From NCBI GenBank assembly GCA_963754315.1, contig CAVWFS010000016.1:143787-207786 (forward strand): 64,000 nucleotides of DNA, given 5' to 3'. Within the stretch, counting starts at the first letter, position 1. Each line of letters starts with the position of its first letter. Origin of the DNA: an uncultured Candidatus Rokubacteria bacterium (GTDB lineage Bacteria > Methylomirabilota > Methylomirabilia > Rokubacteriales > CSP1-6). The position numbers were made by a program, and so were the translations under genes. Of the stretch, positions 9,585 through 19,014 are shown one piece after another. Under the pieces are notes generated by a model. It ran no database searches, was not told the DNA's origin, and saw only the letters and a program-made list of their open reading frames with translations.

Positions 9585-10025
9585 TCATGGCCACGACACC
9601 GGTAGCTCGTGAAGCAGTTTCACCCACGGTAGGTGCGCGGCGACCTTTCGGTGCAGCACGCGGTCGGCGGTGATCAGCTCAACACCGAGCAGGGTTGCGG
9701 CCGACAAGAAAGCGGCGTCGTAGACGGTGAGTCCATAGCGAATGGCGTACTGGAAGGCCCCGGGTAGGAGTGAATGCCCCGGGAGCCAGTCGATCTGATC
9801 AAAAGGGAATCGCACGATGGCGTGGTTCGCCTCTGCCTCGGTCAGCACGGCGCGCCCGACTTGCTTCCAGAGGACATTGCCGAACTCGTAGACCAGTAGC
9901 TCTGGCGCCACGAGCCGGTGGCTTCCCCGTGCCGCGGCCTCGAACAGGGCATCCGCCCGATCCGAGTCCGGCTCCTCCAGAACGGCCTTGATGGCGACGG
10001 AGGTGTCGACAACGACCGGGGTCAC
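9585..10025 (-). CDS. vapC: VapC-family PIN toxin
   Basis: VVVDTSVAIK, YEFGNVLWK, LTVYDAAFL, LITADRVL. Confidence 0.92.
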   Translation of the reverse strand: MTPVVVDTSVAIKAVLEEPDSDRADALFEAAARGSHRLVAPELLVYEFGNVLWKQVGRAVLTEAEANHAIVRFPFDQIDWLPGHSLLPGAFQYAIRYGLTVYDAAFLSAATLLGVELITADRVLHRKVAAHLPWVKLLHELPVSWP

Positions 10026-10279
10026 CGGTGGCGATCTTCGCGAATCAAGGCAACGCTGTCAGGAAACGTGCGGCCGGCCTTCGTCCAGCGAAGCCGCTGC
10101 CGTCTGGTCTCCTGGAGCCAGGCCGCCAGCTCTCGATTGGGCCCGGTTCGGGCAGCGAGCAGACCCAACCGAAGGACGCGGACGGCTTCTTGGCTGATGC
10201 TTCGGCCTTCGCCAGCGGCGCGCTTCTTCAACTGGTCGTACAGCGACTCGGGGATGTCACGCACATACAGCGTGGCCAT
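10022..10279 (-). CDS. FitA-like ribbon-helix-helix antitoxin
   Basis: MATLYVRDIPESLYDQLKKRAAGEGRSISQE, C-terminal DSVALIREDR; GTGA overlap with toxin. Confidence 0.88.
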   Translation of the reverse strand: MATLYVRDIPESLYDQLKKRAAGEGRSISQEAVRVLRLGLLAARTGPNRELAAWLQETRRQRLRWTKAGRTFPDSVALIREDRHR

Positions 10280-10319
10280 CGGTCAGTCCTCCCCACGTAG
10301 CTTCTGAACAGAGCCATTT

Positions 10320-10336
10320 GCTTGCATGATGCAAGC
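10320..10336. promoter_or_regulatory. 8-bp inverted repeat, probable antitoxin operator
   Basis: GCTTGCAT-g-ATGCAAGC about 40 bp upstream of the antitoxin start. Confidence 0.6.
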
Positions 10337-10402
10337 GCTGCGGGAAAGAGTCAATCTCCAGGCCGGCGCGGCCGCGCCAGAAGTCCCCGCCCCCTCACGG
10401 CC

Positions 10403-11098
10403 TCAAATTCCCAGATACCGTGACTTGAGGGCGTGATCGGCCCTGAGGGCGTCGGGTGTGCACGCGTGAACGGTCCTGCCCTTGCTCAGCAGATACACGT
10501 AGTCTGCAGTGCGCAGGGCGAACGCGAGGTTCTGCTCGACGAGCAGGATCGACACGCCCTCGCGCCTGAGGTCACCCAGCACGCGACCCAGCTCGCGAAC
10601 CAGCAAGGGCGCCAATCCCTCGGATGGCTCGTCCATCAGAAGGATGTCGGGATTGCCGACCAGGGCCCGTCCACAGGCGAGCATCCCCTGCTCGCCGCCG
10701 GAGAGGGTGGTGCCGCGCTGACGCAGACGCCCGGCGAGCGAGGGGAAGAGGTCCAGCACCCGCGGCATGTCCCACCCGTGAGCGCGGCCGCGATCAGCGC
10801 CCACCACAAGATGCTCGCGGACATCGAGCGACGGAAACAAGCGACGTCCCTGCGGGACGAGACGTACACCCCGCCGGGCGATAGCGTGGGTGGACAGCGT
10901 GGTGATGTCCTCGCCATTCAGGATCACGCGACCGGCGCGCGGCGGCGTGAGGCCGGTGATGCCCCGCAGCAGGGTCGTCTTCCCGACCCCGTTGCGTCCC
11001 AGGACGGCGACGATCTGCCCGGGGTGGACCATCAGCGACGCCCCCTGCACGATCAACGAGCCGCCGTACGCGACCTGCAAGTCACGGACCTCAAGCAT
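10403..11098 (-). CDS. livF: HAAT-type ABC transporter ATP-binding protein (LivF-like)
   Basis: MLEVRDLQVAYG, GRNGVGKT, LSGGEQ, LLMDEPSEGLAP, LLVEQN. Confidence 0.92.
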   Translation of the reverse strand: MLEVRDLQVAYGGSLIVQGASLMVHPGQIVAVLGRNGVGKTTLLRGITGLTPPRAGRVILNGEDITTLSTHAIARRGVRLVPQGRRLFPSLDVREHLVVGADRGRAHGWDMPRVLDLFPSLAGRLRQRGTTLSGGEQGMLACGRALVGNPDILLMDEPSEGLAPLLVRELGRVLGDLRREGVSILLVEQNLAFALRTADYVYLLSKGRTVHACTPDALRADHALKSRYLGI

Positions 11099-11837
11099 CG
11101 TCGACACCCAGATAGATCTCGGCGACCCGTGAGTCTCGCTGGACCTCGTCGCGGGTGCCTTCCGCCAGAACGCGCCCCTGGTGCAACACGGTGACCCGGT
11201 CGGCCAGGGCAAGGGCGACGTCCATGTCGTGTTCGATGAGGAGCACGGTGACCTCGCGCGGGAAGCGCTGGATCATGGTGACCACGGCCGCCGTCTCCCC
11301 GGCCGAGAGCCCGGCGGTGGGCTCGTCGAGGAGGAGCGCCCGGGGCCGCCCCGCCAGCGCCAGCAGCAACTCGATCTGCCGTTGCTCGCCGTAGGAGAGC
11401 TCGCGCGTTGGGACGTCATGCCGATCGGCGAGACCCCACTCGGTGAGCAGATGCTCCGCCTGGGGCCTGAGGTGGCGGTCAGCCTTGGTCGAAGGGAGGA
11501 ACGAGAAACGGGTAGAGTTGGCCCCCTGCACGGCGAGGAGCACGCTCTCGAGCACGGTGAGACGCGGGAAGAGGGTGGTGATCTGGAAGGTGCGGCCGAG
11601 TCCGAGGCGGGCGCGGCGGTAGGGGGCGAGCGTGGTGATGTCGTGGTCGAAGAGGCGAATGGCGCCGGCCAGCGGCGCCAGAAGTCCCGTGATGAGATTG
11701 AAGAGCGTGGTCTTGCCGGCCCCGTTCGGGCCCAGGATTACGCGCCGCTCCCCGGCCTCGACCGCCAAGGTGATGCCGTCCAGCGCGCGCAGGCCGCCGA
11801 AGGCGTGGGTCAAGCGGTCCACGCTGAGCGCGGTCAC
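11091..11837 (-). CDS. livG: HAAT-type ABC transporter ATP-binding protein (LivG-like)
   Basis: GPNGAGKTTLFN, LSYGEQR, LLLDEPTAG, IEHDM. Confidence 0.92.
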   Translation of the reverse strand: MTALSVDRLTHAFGGLRALDGITLAVEAGERRVILGPNGAGKTTLFNLITGLLAPLAGAIRLFDHDITTLAPYRRARLGLGRTFQITTLFPRLTVLESVLLAVQGANSTRFSFLPSTKADRHLRPQAEHLLTEWGLADRHDVPTRELSYGEQRQIELLLALAGRPRALLLDEPTAGLSAGETAAVVTMIQRFPREVTVLLIEHDMDVALALADRVTVLHQGRVLAEGTRDEVQRDSRVAEIYLGVDDA

Positions 11838-12760
11838 GATATGTGACTCTGCCGGCGGCGCCGGAACAACCCGAGGAGGCCGGCGGGCGCGAACAGGGTC
11901 ACGCCCACGTAGATGAGGCCCAGGACGAGGAGCCAGCGCTGGGTGTGCGCGCTGATGAGGTTCTCGAGAAAGACGATGGCCCCGCTGCCCAGCGCCGGTC
12001 CGAGCACGGTGCCCGCTCCGCCCAGGATGACCATGATGAGCCCGGTAGCCGAGACCACCACGCTCAGATAGACGGGGCTCACGAAGCCGTTGTAGTAGAC
12101 AAACAGGTTACCGGCCACCCCCGCCAGGGCCCCCGCGATGACGAACGCCACGTACTTGTGGGCCCACGTGTTGTACCCGAGTACCTCCATCCGCCGCTCG
12201 CTCTCCCGGATGCCGACCAGCGCGCGTCCGAAGGGCGAACGCACGAGGTACCAGAGGAAGACCGTGGTGAGGGCGAAGACGAGGAGCACGAAGTAGTAGA
12301 AGCGCACGCCGTCGGCGAGACTCCAGGGCAGGCCGGCCGCCGGGCGCGGGACGCCGGCCAGGCCATCGTCGCCGCCGGTGAACGAGCGCCAGCCGAACGC
12401 GATGCCCCAGAGAACCTGCGCGAGGGCCAGGGTAATCATCAGCAAGTACGCTCCGCGGGTTCTCAGCGCGAGCAGCCCGAAGAGGCCGGCGGTGAGGGTG
12501 GCGGTGAGAAGGCCAGCGCCGAAATCGAGCCAGAAGTTGTCGACCTTCCTGAGGGCAAGCAATCCGACGGTGTAGGCGGCGACTCCGAAATAGGCCGCGT
12601 GGCCGAGGGAAGGCAGCCCGGCGTAGCCCAGGATCAGGTTGAGGCTCATGGCGAAGATGGCGAGGATCAGCATCTTGGTGAGGAGCCCAAGCTGGTAGGA
12701 GGTCAACGCCAGTGGCCCCAGAGCCAGCGCGAGCGCGGCCAGCCCCAGCGCGGTGCTCAT
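11834..12760 (-). CDS. livM: HAAT-type ABC transporter permease (LivM-like)
   Basis: SLNLILGYAGLPSLGHAAYFG, TGGDDG, SPFGRALVGIRESERR; ATG 12760 overlaps the livH stop. Confidence 0.9.
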   Translation of the reverse strand: MSTALGLAALALALGPLALTSYQLGLLTKMLILAIFAMSLNLILGYAGLPSLGHAAYFGVAAYTVGLLALRKVDNFWLDFGAGLLTATLTAGLFGLLALRTRGAYLLMITLALAQVLWGIAFGWRSFTGGDDGLAGVPRPAAGLPWSLADGVRFYYFVLLVFALTTVFLWYLVRSPFGRALVGIRESERRMEVLGYNTWAHKYVAFVIAGALAGVAGNLFVYYNGFVSPVYLSVVVSATGLIMVILGGAGTVLGPALGSGAIVFLENLISAHTQRWLLVLGLIYVGVTLFAPAGLLGLFRRRRQSHIS

Positions 12761-13614
12761 CGGGTGCCGAAGAGCCCGGCCGGCCGGACGGCCAGGATCA
12801 CGGCCATGGGCGCGAAGATCGTGAAGAGCGCCAGTTCGGGGAACAGGACCTTGCCGAAGTTGTCCAGGCAACCGACCAGAAGGCCTCCCACGAACGCGCC
12901 CTTGAGGCTGCCCAGGCCGCCGATGATCACCACCACGAAGGCCAGCAGCAGAATTTCGAAATCGGCGCCGGGATACACGCCCAGCACGGGGCCGGCCATG
13001 ATGCCGCCCAGCGCCGCCAGCGCGGCGCCGACGGCGAACACCAGGGTGCTCAGCAGCGAGACGTTGATGCCGGTGGCGCGGGCGATCTCCGCGTCATCGA
13101 TGGCGGCGCGCACCATGGCTCCGAGCTTCGTCCGTTCCTGGAGGAACCAGAGAACTACCCCGATCACCGTGCCCACGATGATCAGAAACAGGCGGTAGGT
13201 GGGAAAGACGAGCAGCCCCAGCCGCACCGACGCGGACAGAGCGTCAGGCTTGGGCAGGGACTGCGGTGTGCCCCCCCAGGTCCACAGCGCCACATCGCCG
13301 ACGATGAGGAGGCAGCCGAACGTGAGCAGCGCCTGGGGTAACTCCTCGTGGGGCGGGAGCCGGCGGAGAAGGAATCGCTCCATCACCACGCCGAGCGCCA
13401 CCACCACCGCCACCCCAGCCAGGACGGCCAGGGACAGGCTGCCCGTCCCCTCGACCACCGACAGCGCCACGTAGGCGCCGAGCAGGTAATAGGAGCCGTG
13501 GGCGAGATTGAGGATGCGCATGAGGCCGAAAATCAGCGAGAGCCCGGCCGCGAGCAAGAAGAGGAGCATCCCGAAGGAAAGTCCGTTGAGGAGCTGGAGA
13601 AACCAAAAGGTCAC
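12757..13614 (-). CDS. livH: HAAT-type ABC transporter permease (LivH-like)
   Basis: QLLNGLSFG, GLSLIFGLMRILNLAHG, GGLGSLKGA, RPAGLFG. Confidence 0.92.
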   Translation of the reverse strand: MTFWFLQLLNGLSFGMLLFLLAAGLSLIFGLMRILNLAHGSYYLLGAYVALSVVEGTGSLSLAVLAGVAVVVALGVVMERFLLRRLPPHEELPQALLTFGCLLIVGDVALWTWGGTPQSLPKPDALSASVRLGLLVFPTYRLFLIIVGTVIGVVLWFLQERTKLGAMVRAAIDDAEIARATGINVSLLSTLVFAVGAALAALGGIMAGPVLGVYPGADFEILLLAFVVVIIGGLGSLKGAFVGGLLVGCLDNFGKVLFPELALFTIFAPMAVILAVRPAGLFGTR

Positions 13615-13634
13615 GCGTCCTCGTCAGGGCCCTG

Positions 13635-14744
13635 TCACGCGCGTTGCAGTTCGGGCAGGACCCGGCTGGCAAACAGGCGAATGTTCTTGGACGCAAGCTC
13701 GTGCGGCATGCTGCCGAAATGCAAGAGCGCGATGAAGACACCGACCCCGAGCGCGCGCGTCTGGGCCTGGATCTCGCGGATCACGTAGTCGGGATCGCCG
13801 ATGACGGTGAGACCTTCCTTCTGGCACAGGTCGAAGTCGAACTCGTAAAAAGGAATGTCTTCCGCCCGCTGCACCACCGCTGGCCGCGGCGGTGGCGACC
13901 CGCCCATGATCTTCATGGAGCCGCGGTGGTAGGAGAGCAGCCGCTGCCAGAAATAGTCGAGGTGCGGCTCTGCTTCCAGCCGTGCGCGCTCGTTCGTCTC
14001 CGCCACGTAGACATTTCGCACGAGCAGACAGTGCTCGGGAGTGGGCGTCCAGCCGTGCTCGGCGGCGAGCACCCGGAAGCGATCGAGGGTCGCCTTTGTC
14101 CTGGCCAGCGACCGATAGGCGGTACCGGTCGGCACCCGCCGGCGGGCGGCGATGGCGAGCCCATCGTCGCTGTCGGCCGGGAGGACGATAGGAGGATGAG
14201 GTTGCTGGATCGGTCGAGGCCAGATCACGACACGGTCGTAATTGAAGTACTTGCCACGCCAGGCGAACGGCTCGCGCTCGGTCCAGGCCTTCACGATGAG
14301 ATCCCAGGCCTCTTCCAGCCGGGCGCGGGCGTCCTCCAGCGGAACGCTCAGGGCCAGAAACTCCTGGGGTACGCCGCGGACGAAGCCTGAGATGACCCGG
14401 CCGCCGGACATCACGTCCAGCATGGCCACCTCCTCGGCCAGCCGTACCGGGTGGGCATGCAGGGCGGGAAGATTTCCGAAGATGGCGATCTTGATACGGC
14501 GCGTGCGTTGGGTGAGGGCGGCGGCAATGATGTTCGGCGAGGGCATGAGCCCGTACGGTTTGGCGTGGTGCTCGTTGATGCAGATCGCGTCGAAGCCGTA
14601 CTCCTCGTACAGGTCCATCTGCCGCAGGTGCTCGTCATAGATCTGGTGGCCCCGCAGAGGATCGTAGAGGTCGTTCGGATCGGGATAATGGGAAGGCTTC
14701 TCGAGGTACGGCCAGGGCATGAGATCGAAGGCGTAGACTTTCAC
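13635..14744 (-). CDS. LLM-class (luciferase-like) flavin-dependent oxidoreductase
   Basis: GFDAICINEHH, LMPSPNI, HPVRLAEEVAMLDVMSGGR, PRPIQQPHPP; GTG 14744 overlaps the upstream stop. Confidence 0.92.
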   Translation of the reverse strand: MKVYAFDLMPWPYLEKPSHYPDPNDLYDPLRGHQIYDEHLRQMDLYEEYGFDAICINEHHAKPYGLMPSPNIIAAALTQRTRRIKIAIFGNLPALHAHPVRLAEEVAMLDVMSGGRVISGFVRGVPQEFLALSVPLEDARARLEEAWDLIVKAWTEREPFAWRGKYFNYDRVVIWPRPIQQPHPPIVLPADSDDGLAIAARRRVPTGTAYRSLARTKATLDRFRVLAAEHGWTPTPEHCLLVRNVYVAETNERARLEAEPHLDYFWQRLLSYHRGSMKIMGGSPPPRPAVVQRAEDIPFYEFDFDLCQKEGLTVIGDPDYVIREIQAQTRALGVGVFIALLHFGSMPHELASKNIRLFASRVLPELQRA

Positions 14745-15430
14745 TTCAGGTGCCGATCGAAGAACTCGATCGTCCGTTTCCACGCCAGCTCGGCCGCCGG
14801 CGCGTTATATTCGGCGATCGGGAGCTTCTTGTCCCCGACCAACGTCTCGTTGGCGAAGGCGTGCTTGGCCTGATAGCGGTGAAACTCGAATCGCACATTG
14901 GCCGCGCGGAGCTTTTCCTCCAGGGTATTCACGGTCGCGATCGGGAATGGCACGTCTTCGATCGCGTAGTGTCCCAGCAGGGGCGCCTTGATTTTCGTGG
15001 CATCGATGTACTCGAGTGGCGGAAAGCCGTACCAGACGACGCCGGCGTCGGCCTCGGGCACGTTGACGACCGCGAGGAGCGTCAACGCCCCGCCCAGGCA
15101 GAAGCCGGTGACGCCGACCTTGCGGCTCTGCCCTTTCAAATGCTGGACCGCGCCCCGCACATCTTGGCCGGCCGCGTCGCCGAAGTTGAGATTGCTCATC
15201 AGATGCTCGGCTTCCTTCGCCTCGACCGTGACCTTGCCGCGGTAGAGGTCCGGCACCAGCGCTCGGTAGCCGGCCCCGGCCATGCGGTCGGCCACGCCCC
15301 TGATCTGGGCATTCAGCCCCCACCATTCCTGGATCACCACGACCCCCGGCGCGCTCCCGGCGGCTGGCTCCGCCAAGTAGCCCTGCACGCTCTGTCCATC
15401 CGGCCGCCTGAAGCTGATCATCTGGCCCAT
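14741..15430 (-). CDS. Dienelactone hydrolase family protein
   Basis: VVIQEWWGLN, PDLYRG, nucleophile motif GFCLGG, HAFAN. Confidence 0.93.
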   Translation of the reverse strand: MGQMISFRRPDGQSVQGYLAEPAAGSAPGVVVIQEWWGLNAQIRGVADRMAGAGYRALVPDLYRGKVTVEAKEAEHLMSNLNFGDAAGQDVRGAVQHLKGQSRKVGVTGFCLGGALTLLAVVNVPEADAGVVWYGFPPLEYIDATKIKAPLLGHYAIEDVPFPIATVNTLEEKLRAANVRFEFHRYQAKHAFANETLVGDKKLPIAEYNAPAAELAWKRTIEFFDRHLK

Positions 15431-15483
15431 GGCTCACCCCCTGCGGGACTTGTCCGGCCCTCCTATGTTACATAGAGGAGCGT

Positions 15484-16128
15484 ATGTCTTCAGGCGCGAC
15501 CGTGCGGTACTACGACATCTCCCTGAATCTCTCGAGTGAGACAGTTCGCTGGGTGGCAGCGCCAGCCCTGGAGTTCGTGGAGCGTCGACGCATCAACCGG
15601 GGCGATGCAACCAACGCGTCGGCCGTCACGATGAGCGTTCACTCGGGAACGCACGTGGACGCGCCCTTTCACTTCGTCCCGGACGGCGCGACCATCGACC
15701 TGCTGCCGCTCGAGATGTTCATCGGCCCCGCCCTGGTGCACGCGGTGGACGCCGAACGCTACATAACCGAAGAGCACGTGAACACAATCGAGCTGGGTGG
15801 GGTCACCCGCGTTCTCTTCAAGACGCGCAACTCCAACTTGCTTCGTCAGCCCACCTACGACCCGGATTTCGTCGCCTTCTCTCTGGGGGCAGCGCGCGCC
15901 CTCGTGAATCGCGGCGTTCGCCTGGTTGGTCTCGACTATCTCTCGGTGGCGCATGCGGACGAGCAGGTACCGGTGCACCGCGCGTTCCTCGACCACGGCG
16001 TGATCCTCCTCGAAGGCATCGACCTGCTGGCGATCGAGCCCGGGCGCTACGAGCTGATCTGTTTTCCTCTCCGCCTGCGCGGCTCGGACGGTGCGCCGTG
16101 TCGCGCTGTGCTGCGCGATCTGGCCTGA
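15484..16128 (+). CDS. Cyclase family protein (KynB/kynurenine formamidase-like)
   Basis: HSGTHVDAPFHF metal motif, VGLDYLS, DGAPCRAV. Confidence 0.9.
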   Translation: MSSGATVRYYDISLNLSSETVRWVAAPALEFVERRRINRGDATNASAVTMSVHSGTHVDAPFHFVPDGATIDLLPLEMFIGPALVHAVDAERYITEEHVNTIELGGVTRVLFKTRNSNLLRQPTYDPDFVAFSLGAARALVNRGVRLVGLDYLSVAHADEQVPVHRAFLDHGVILLEGIDLLAIEPGRYELICFPLRLRGSDGAPCRAVLRDLA

Positions 16129-16143
16129 TCGTCGATCGCGCCT

Positions 16144-17445
16144 TCACGGTGCGCGGCGGTAGATCAGGCGGCCGCCGCGGAACGTGTAGCGGACCCGACC
16201 CAGGGCGCGAATGTCCTGCTCAGGGTTGCCGTCCACCACCGCGATATCGGCGTCCAGGCCCGGGGCCAGACGGCCCGTCCGGTGGCTTGCGCCGAACCGC
16301 TCCGCCGGCGCCGTGGTGAGCGCGGTCAGGATCTTCGAATAGGAGAGGCCGGCTCCCTGCATGAGCACGTATTCGTCGGTCGGGTCGTAGTCGGTCATGT
16401 AGCCGACGTCGGTACCGAATAACACCTGGCCGCCGAGATCCGCGAAGGCACGCAACTGCGCCTGCGCGTTTCCGACAACGGCGTCCATCACCTCTCGCGG
16501 CAGCCCCAGCTTCGAGAGCTCGAAGACAAAGAGCTTGAGGGTCGGCACGAGCGCCATGCGGCGTTCGACCATCAAGCCAGGTAGCGCGCGATCCCACGGC
16601 CTTCGATCCAGCTCGGATGGAAAGGTGTGAACGAGGACATCCACGCCACCCTCGATGGCAACACGCGCGCCCGCGCTGTTGGACGGGTGCGCCACCACGA
16701 GCTTGCCGCCGCGGTGGGCGGTCTCGGTGGCGGCACGCACGGTCTCGACCGTCATGACCACGATCAGATCCGGTCGGGCAAAGGAGCCCGTGAAGAGTTT
16801 CAGCGCGTCGGCGCCGCGGTCGAGCTCGCCACCGACCACGGCAGGAGTCGCTTCTGCGCTGGTAAGCTCGGGCAGTCGGAGGGGGGCGATGTAGAACGGG
16901 CTCCCGCCTGGTGGGACGAAGCCCGTCCCGGTCGTCAGGATGGCTGGACCCGGGATCTCGCCGCTCTCGATGCGCCGCCGCAGCGCCAAGGTCTCCGGGA
17001 GCCAGGAGCCGGTGTCGAGCACCCGGACCACGCCGTACGATGTCAGCATCGAGCGCACGCCGTCGGCCAGCCGGTCGGCGGACGCTGTCTCCGTCGAGCG
17101 GAACGGTTCCGCGGTGAAGTGGACGTGGCTGTTCCAGAATCCAGCCATGACCGTGCTCCCCGCGCAATCGATCAGGGTGGCGCCTGCCGGTACGCGCACC
17201 TCACTGCGACGCCCGACGCTCGCGAGGACACCGTCGCGGACGATGACCACACCGTCCGAAATCACGGGCGCGTCGGGCGCAGGTTGCACGCGCCCACCGA
17301 CCAGCGCGATCACCGTGGGGGCCGCTGTCGGGGCCGGCGGGCTCGTCGGAAGCCCGCACGCTGCCGCCATGAGAAGCAGGGCCGGGACGACACGTATCAG
17401 CGCCCCTGCGGCAATGCCGACCCGTGATTGTCCCGCTGGCGCCAT
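16144..17445 (-). CDS. Secreted/lipoprotein amidohydrolase family protein
   Basis: GFWNSHVHF metal-binding HxH, FGTDVG, GRLAPGLDADIAVVDGNP; N-terminal MAAAC lipobox-like signal; start uncertain. Confidence 0.85.
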   Translation of the reverse strand: MAPAGQSRVGIAAGALIRVVPALLLMAAACGLPTSPPAPTAAPTVIALVGGRVQPAPDAPVISDGVVIVRDGVLASVGRRSEVRVPAGATLIDCAGSTVMAGFWNSHVHFTAEPFRSTETASADRLADGVRSMLTSYGVVRVLDTGSWLPETLALRRRIESGEIPGPAILTTGTGFVPPGGSPFYIAPLRLPELTSAEATPAVVGGELDRGADALKLFTGSFARPDLIVVMTVETVRAATETAHRGGKLVVAHPSNSAGARVAIEGGVDVLVHTFPSELDRRPWDRALPGLMVERRMALVPTLKLFVFELSKLGLPREVMDAVVGNAQAQLRAFADLGGQVLFGTDVGYMTDYDPTDEYVLMQGAGLSYSKILTALTTAPAERFGASHRTGRLAPGLDADIAVVDGNPEQDIRALGRVRYTFRGGRLIYRRAP

Positions 17446-17520
17446 GTCCCACCTCTTGGTTCCGCTGTCTTCGACCGCCATACTAGCGTGGCACACTGAC
17501 ATGAGAGGGGGAAGAAGACT

Positions 17521-17958
17521 ATGAGCACACCACGACCTGGACCCGGCGGGAGGCCGCCCGGTTGGCAGCAGGAGCATATGCGTCGCTACATTGCGAGCGG
17601 TGGTCAGGACGGACACCTCTGGGAAGGCGTCACGACGCTCTTGCTGACGACGACTGGCCATCGCTCGGGCCAGGCGCGAACGACGCCGCTCATCTACGGA
17701 CGCGACGGTGATCGCTACCTTGTGGTGGCCTCACGGGGCGGGGCCCCGAAGCACCCATCCTGGTACGAGAACCTCGCCGCCCAGCCGCTTGTCCAGGTGC
17801 AGGTCATGGCCGATCGCTTCAAGGCCAGGGCCCGCACGGCCACGGCTGCCGAGAAACCGGCGCTGTGGAAGACGATGGCCGCCATCTGGCCACCCTACGA
17901 CGAGTACCAGGCGCGAACGCCCCGCGAGATCCCCGTGGTGATCCTCGAGCGCGTCTGA
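17521..17958 (+). CDS. Deazaflavin (F420)-dependent nitroreductase family protein (Ddn-like)
   Basis: LLLTTTGHRSGQARTTPL, ASRGGAPKHPSWYENL, YDEYQARTPREIPVVILE. Confidence 0.92.
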   Translation: MSTPRPGPGGRPPGWQQEHMRRYIASGGQDGHLWEGVTTLLLTTTGHRSGQARTTPLIYGRDGDRYLVVASRGGAPKHPSWYENLAAQPLVQVQVMADRFKARARTATAAEKPALWKTMAAIWPPYDEYQARTPREIPVVILERV

Positions 17959-17993
17959 GGGAGGCCCGACGGTGGACGCTGGCAATTCTGGAC

Positions 17994-19010
17994 TCACCCG
18001 GCTGAGTTGAGGCGACCTCGGCGCACGCTGTCGAAGGCCACCGCCACCACGATGAAGGTGCCGACGAAGGCGCCCTGCCAGAACGTGCTGATGCCGAGCA
18101 GGGTCAGGCTGTTGCGAATGATTTCGATGAGGGCGGCGCCGACCACGGCGCCCAGGATCGAACCACTGCCACCGATCAGATTGGCCCCGCCGATGACCGC
18201 GGCCGCGATCACACTGAGTTCCATGGACTGGCCCAGATTGGTGGTCACGCCGCCGAGCCAGCTTGCCTCGAGGACGCCAGCCACTCCCGCCATGAATCCA
18301 CACAGCATGTAGATACCGATCTTGATCCGTGCGACCGGCAGGCCGGTGAGGATGGCCGCCCGCTCATTGCCGCCCACGGCCATGATCCGCGCGCCCCAAC
18401 GCGTCCACCGCAGCGCAAAGCCGACGACGAGCCAGCAGGCGGCCAGGACCACCACCGGATTCGGGATCCCCAGCGTGGATCCGCCGCCGAGCCACAAGAA
18501 GGCAGCGTGGTCAGGGCCGAATTGATAGACCATCTTGTTCTGCGAGGCCACCATGGCAAGGCTGCGGGCAATTGACAGCATCCCCAGGGTGGCCACAAAG
18601 GGCGGTATCCGGACGAGCGTGATCAGGGCGCCGTTGACCAGTCCGACCAGAAGGGACGCGGTGAGCCCGGCGGCAATGCCCACCCACATGCGATGGCCGG
18701 CATGGAGCACGACGCCGGTGACCATCGCCGACAGACAGAGGGTCGAGCCGACCGACAGATCGATGCCGCCCGTGATAATCACCGCCGTCATCCCGATGGC
18801 GACAATGGCGACAAAGGCAAAATTCCGGGTCACGTTGAAGAGGTTCTGGGGCGTGGCAAATGCGTCCGTCGCGAATGACAGGATGACGGCGGCGAGGAGA
18901 GCGGCCATGAGCACCCAGAACGCCTGGAGGCCAAGCAGCCGCCCGATCAGACTGTGGCTGCGGGTGTCAATGGCGCGCTGAAAATCGCCCGAAATCGATC
19001 CCTCGCTCAT
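17994..19010 (-). CDS. Monosaccharide ABC transporter permease (RbsC family)
   Basis: GGIDLSVGS, IPPFVATLG, GGNERAAILTG, ELSVIAAAVIGG. Confidence 0.92.
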   Translation of the reverse strand: MSEGSISGDFQRAIDTRSHSLIGRLLGLQAFWVLMAALLAAVILSFATDAFATPQNLFNVTRNFAFVAIVAIGMTAVIITGGIDLSVGSTLCLSAMVTGVVLHAGHRMWVGIAAGLTASLLVGLVNGALITLVRIPPFVATLGMLSIARSLAMVASQNKMVYQFGPDHAAFLWLGGGSTLGIPNPVVVLAACWLVVGFALRWTRWGARIMAVGGNERAAILTGLPVARIKIGIYMLCGFMAGVAGVLEASWLGGVTTNLGQSMELSVIAAAVIGGANLIGGSGSILGAVVGAALIEIIRNSLTLLGISTFWQGAFVGTFIVVAVAFDSVRRGRLNSAG

Positions 19011-19014
19011 GACG

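Noticed and set aside
4800..10400. Integron cassette array suggested by TA modules and small genes
   Set aside because: No integrase, no repeated attC-like sites recognised, and genes occur in both orientations.
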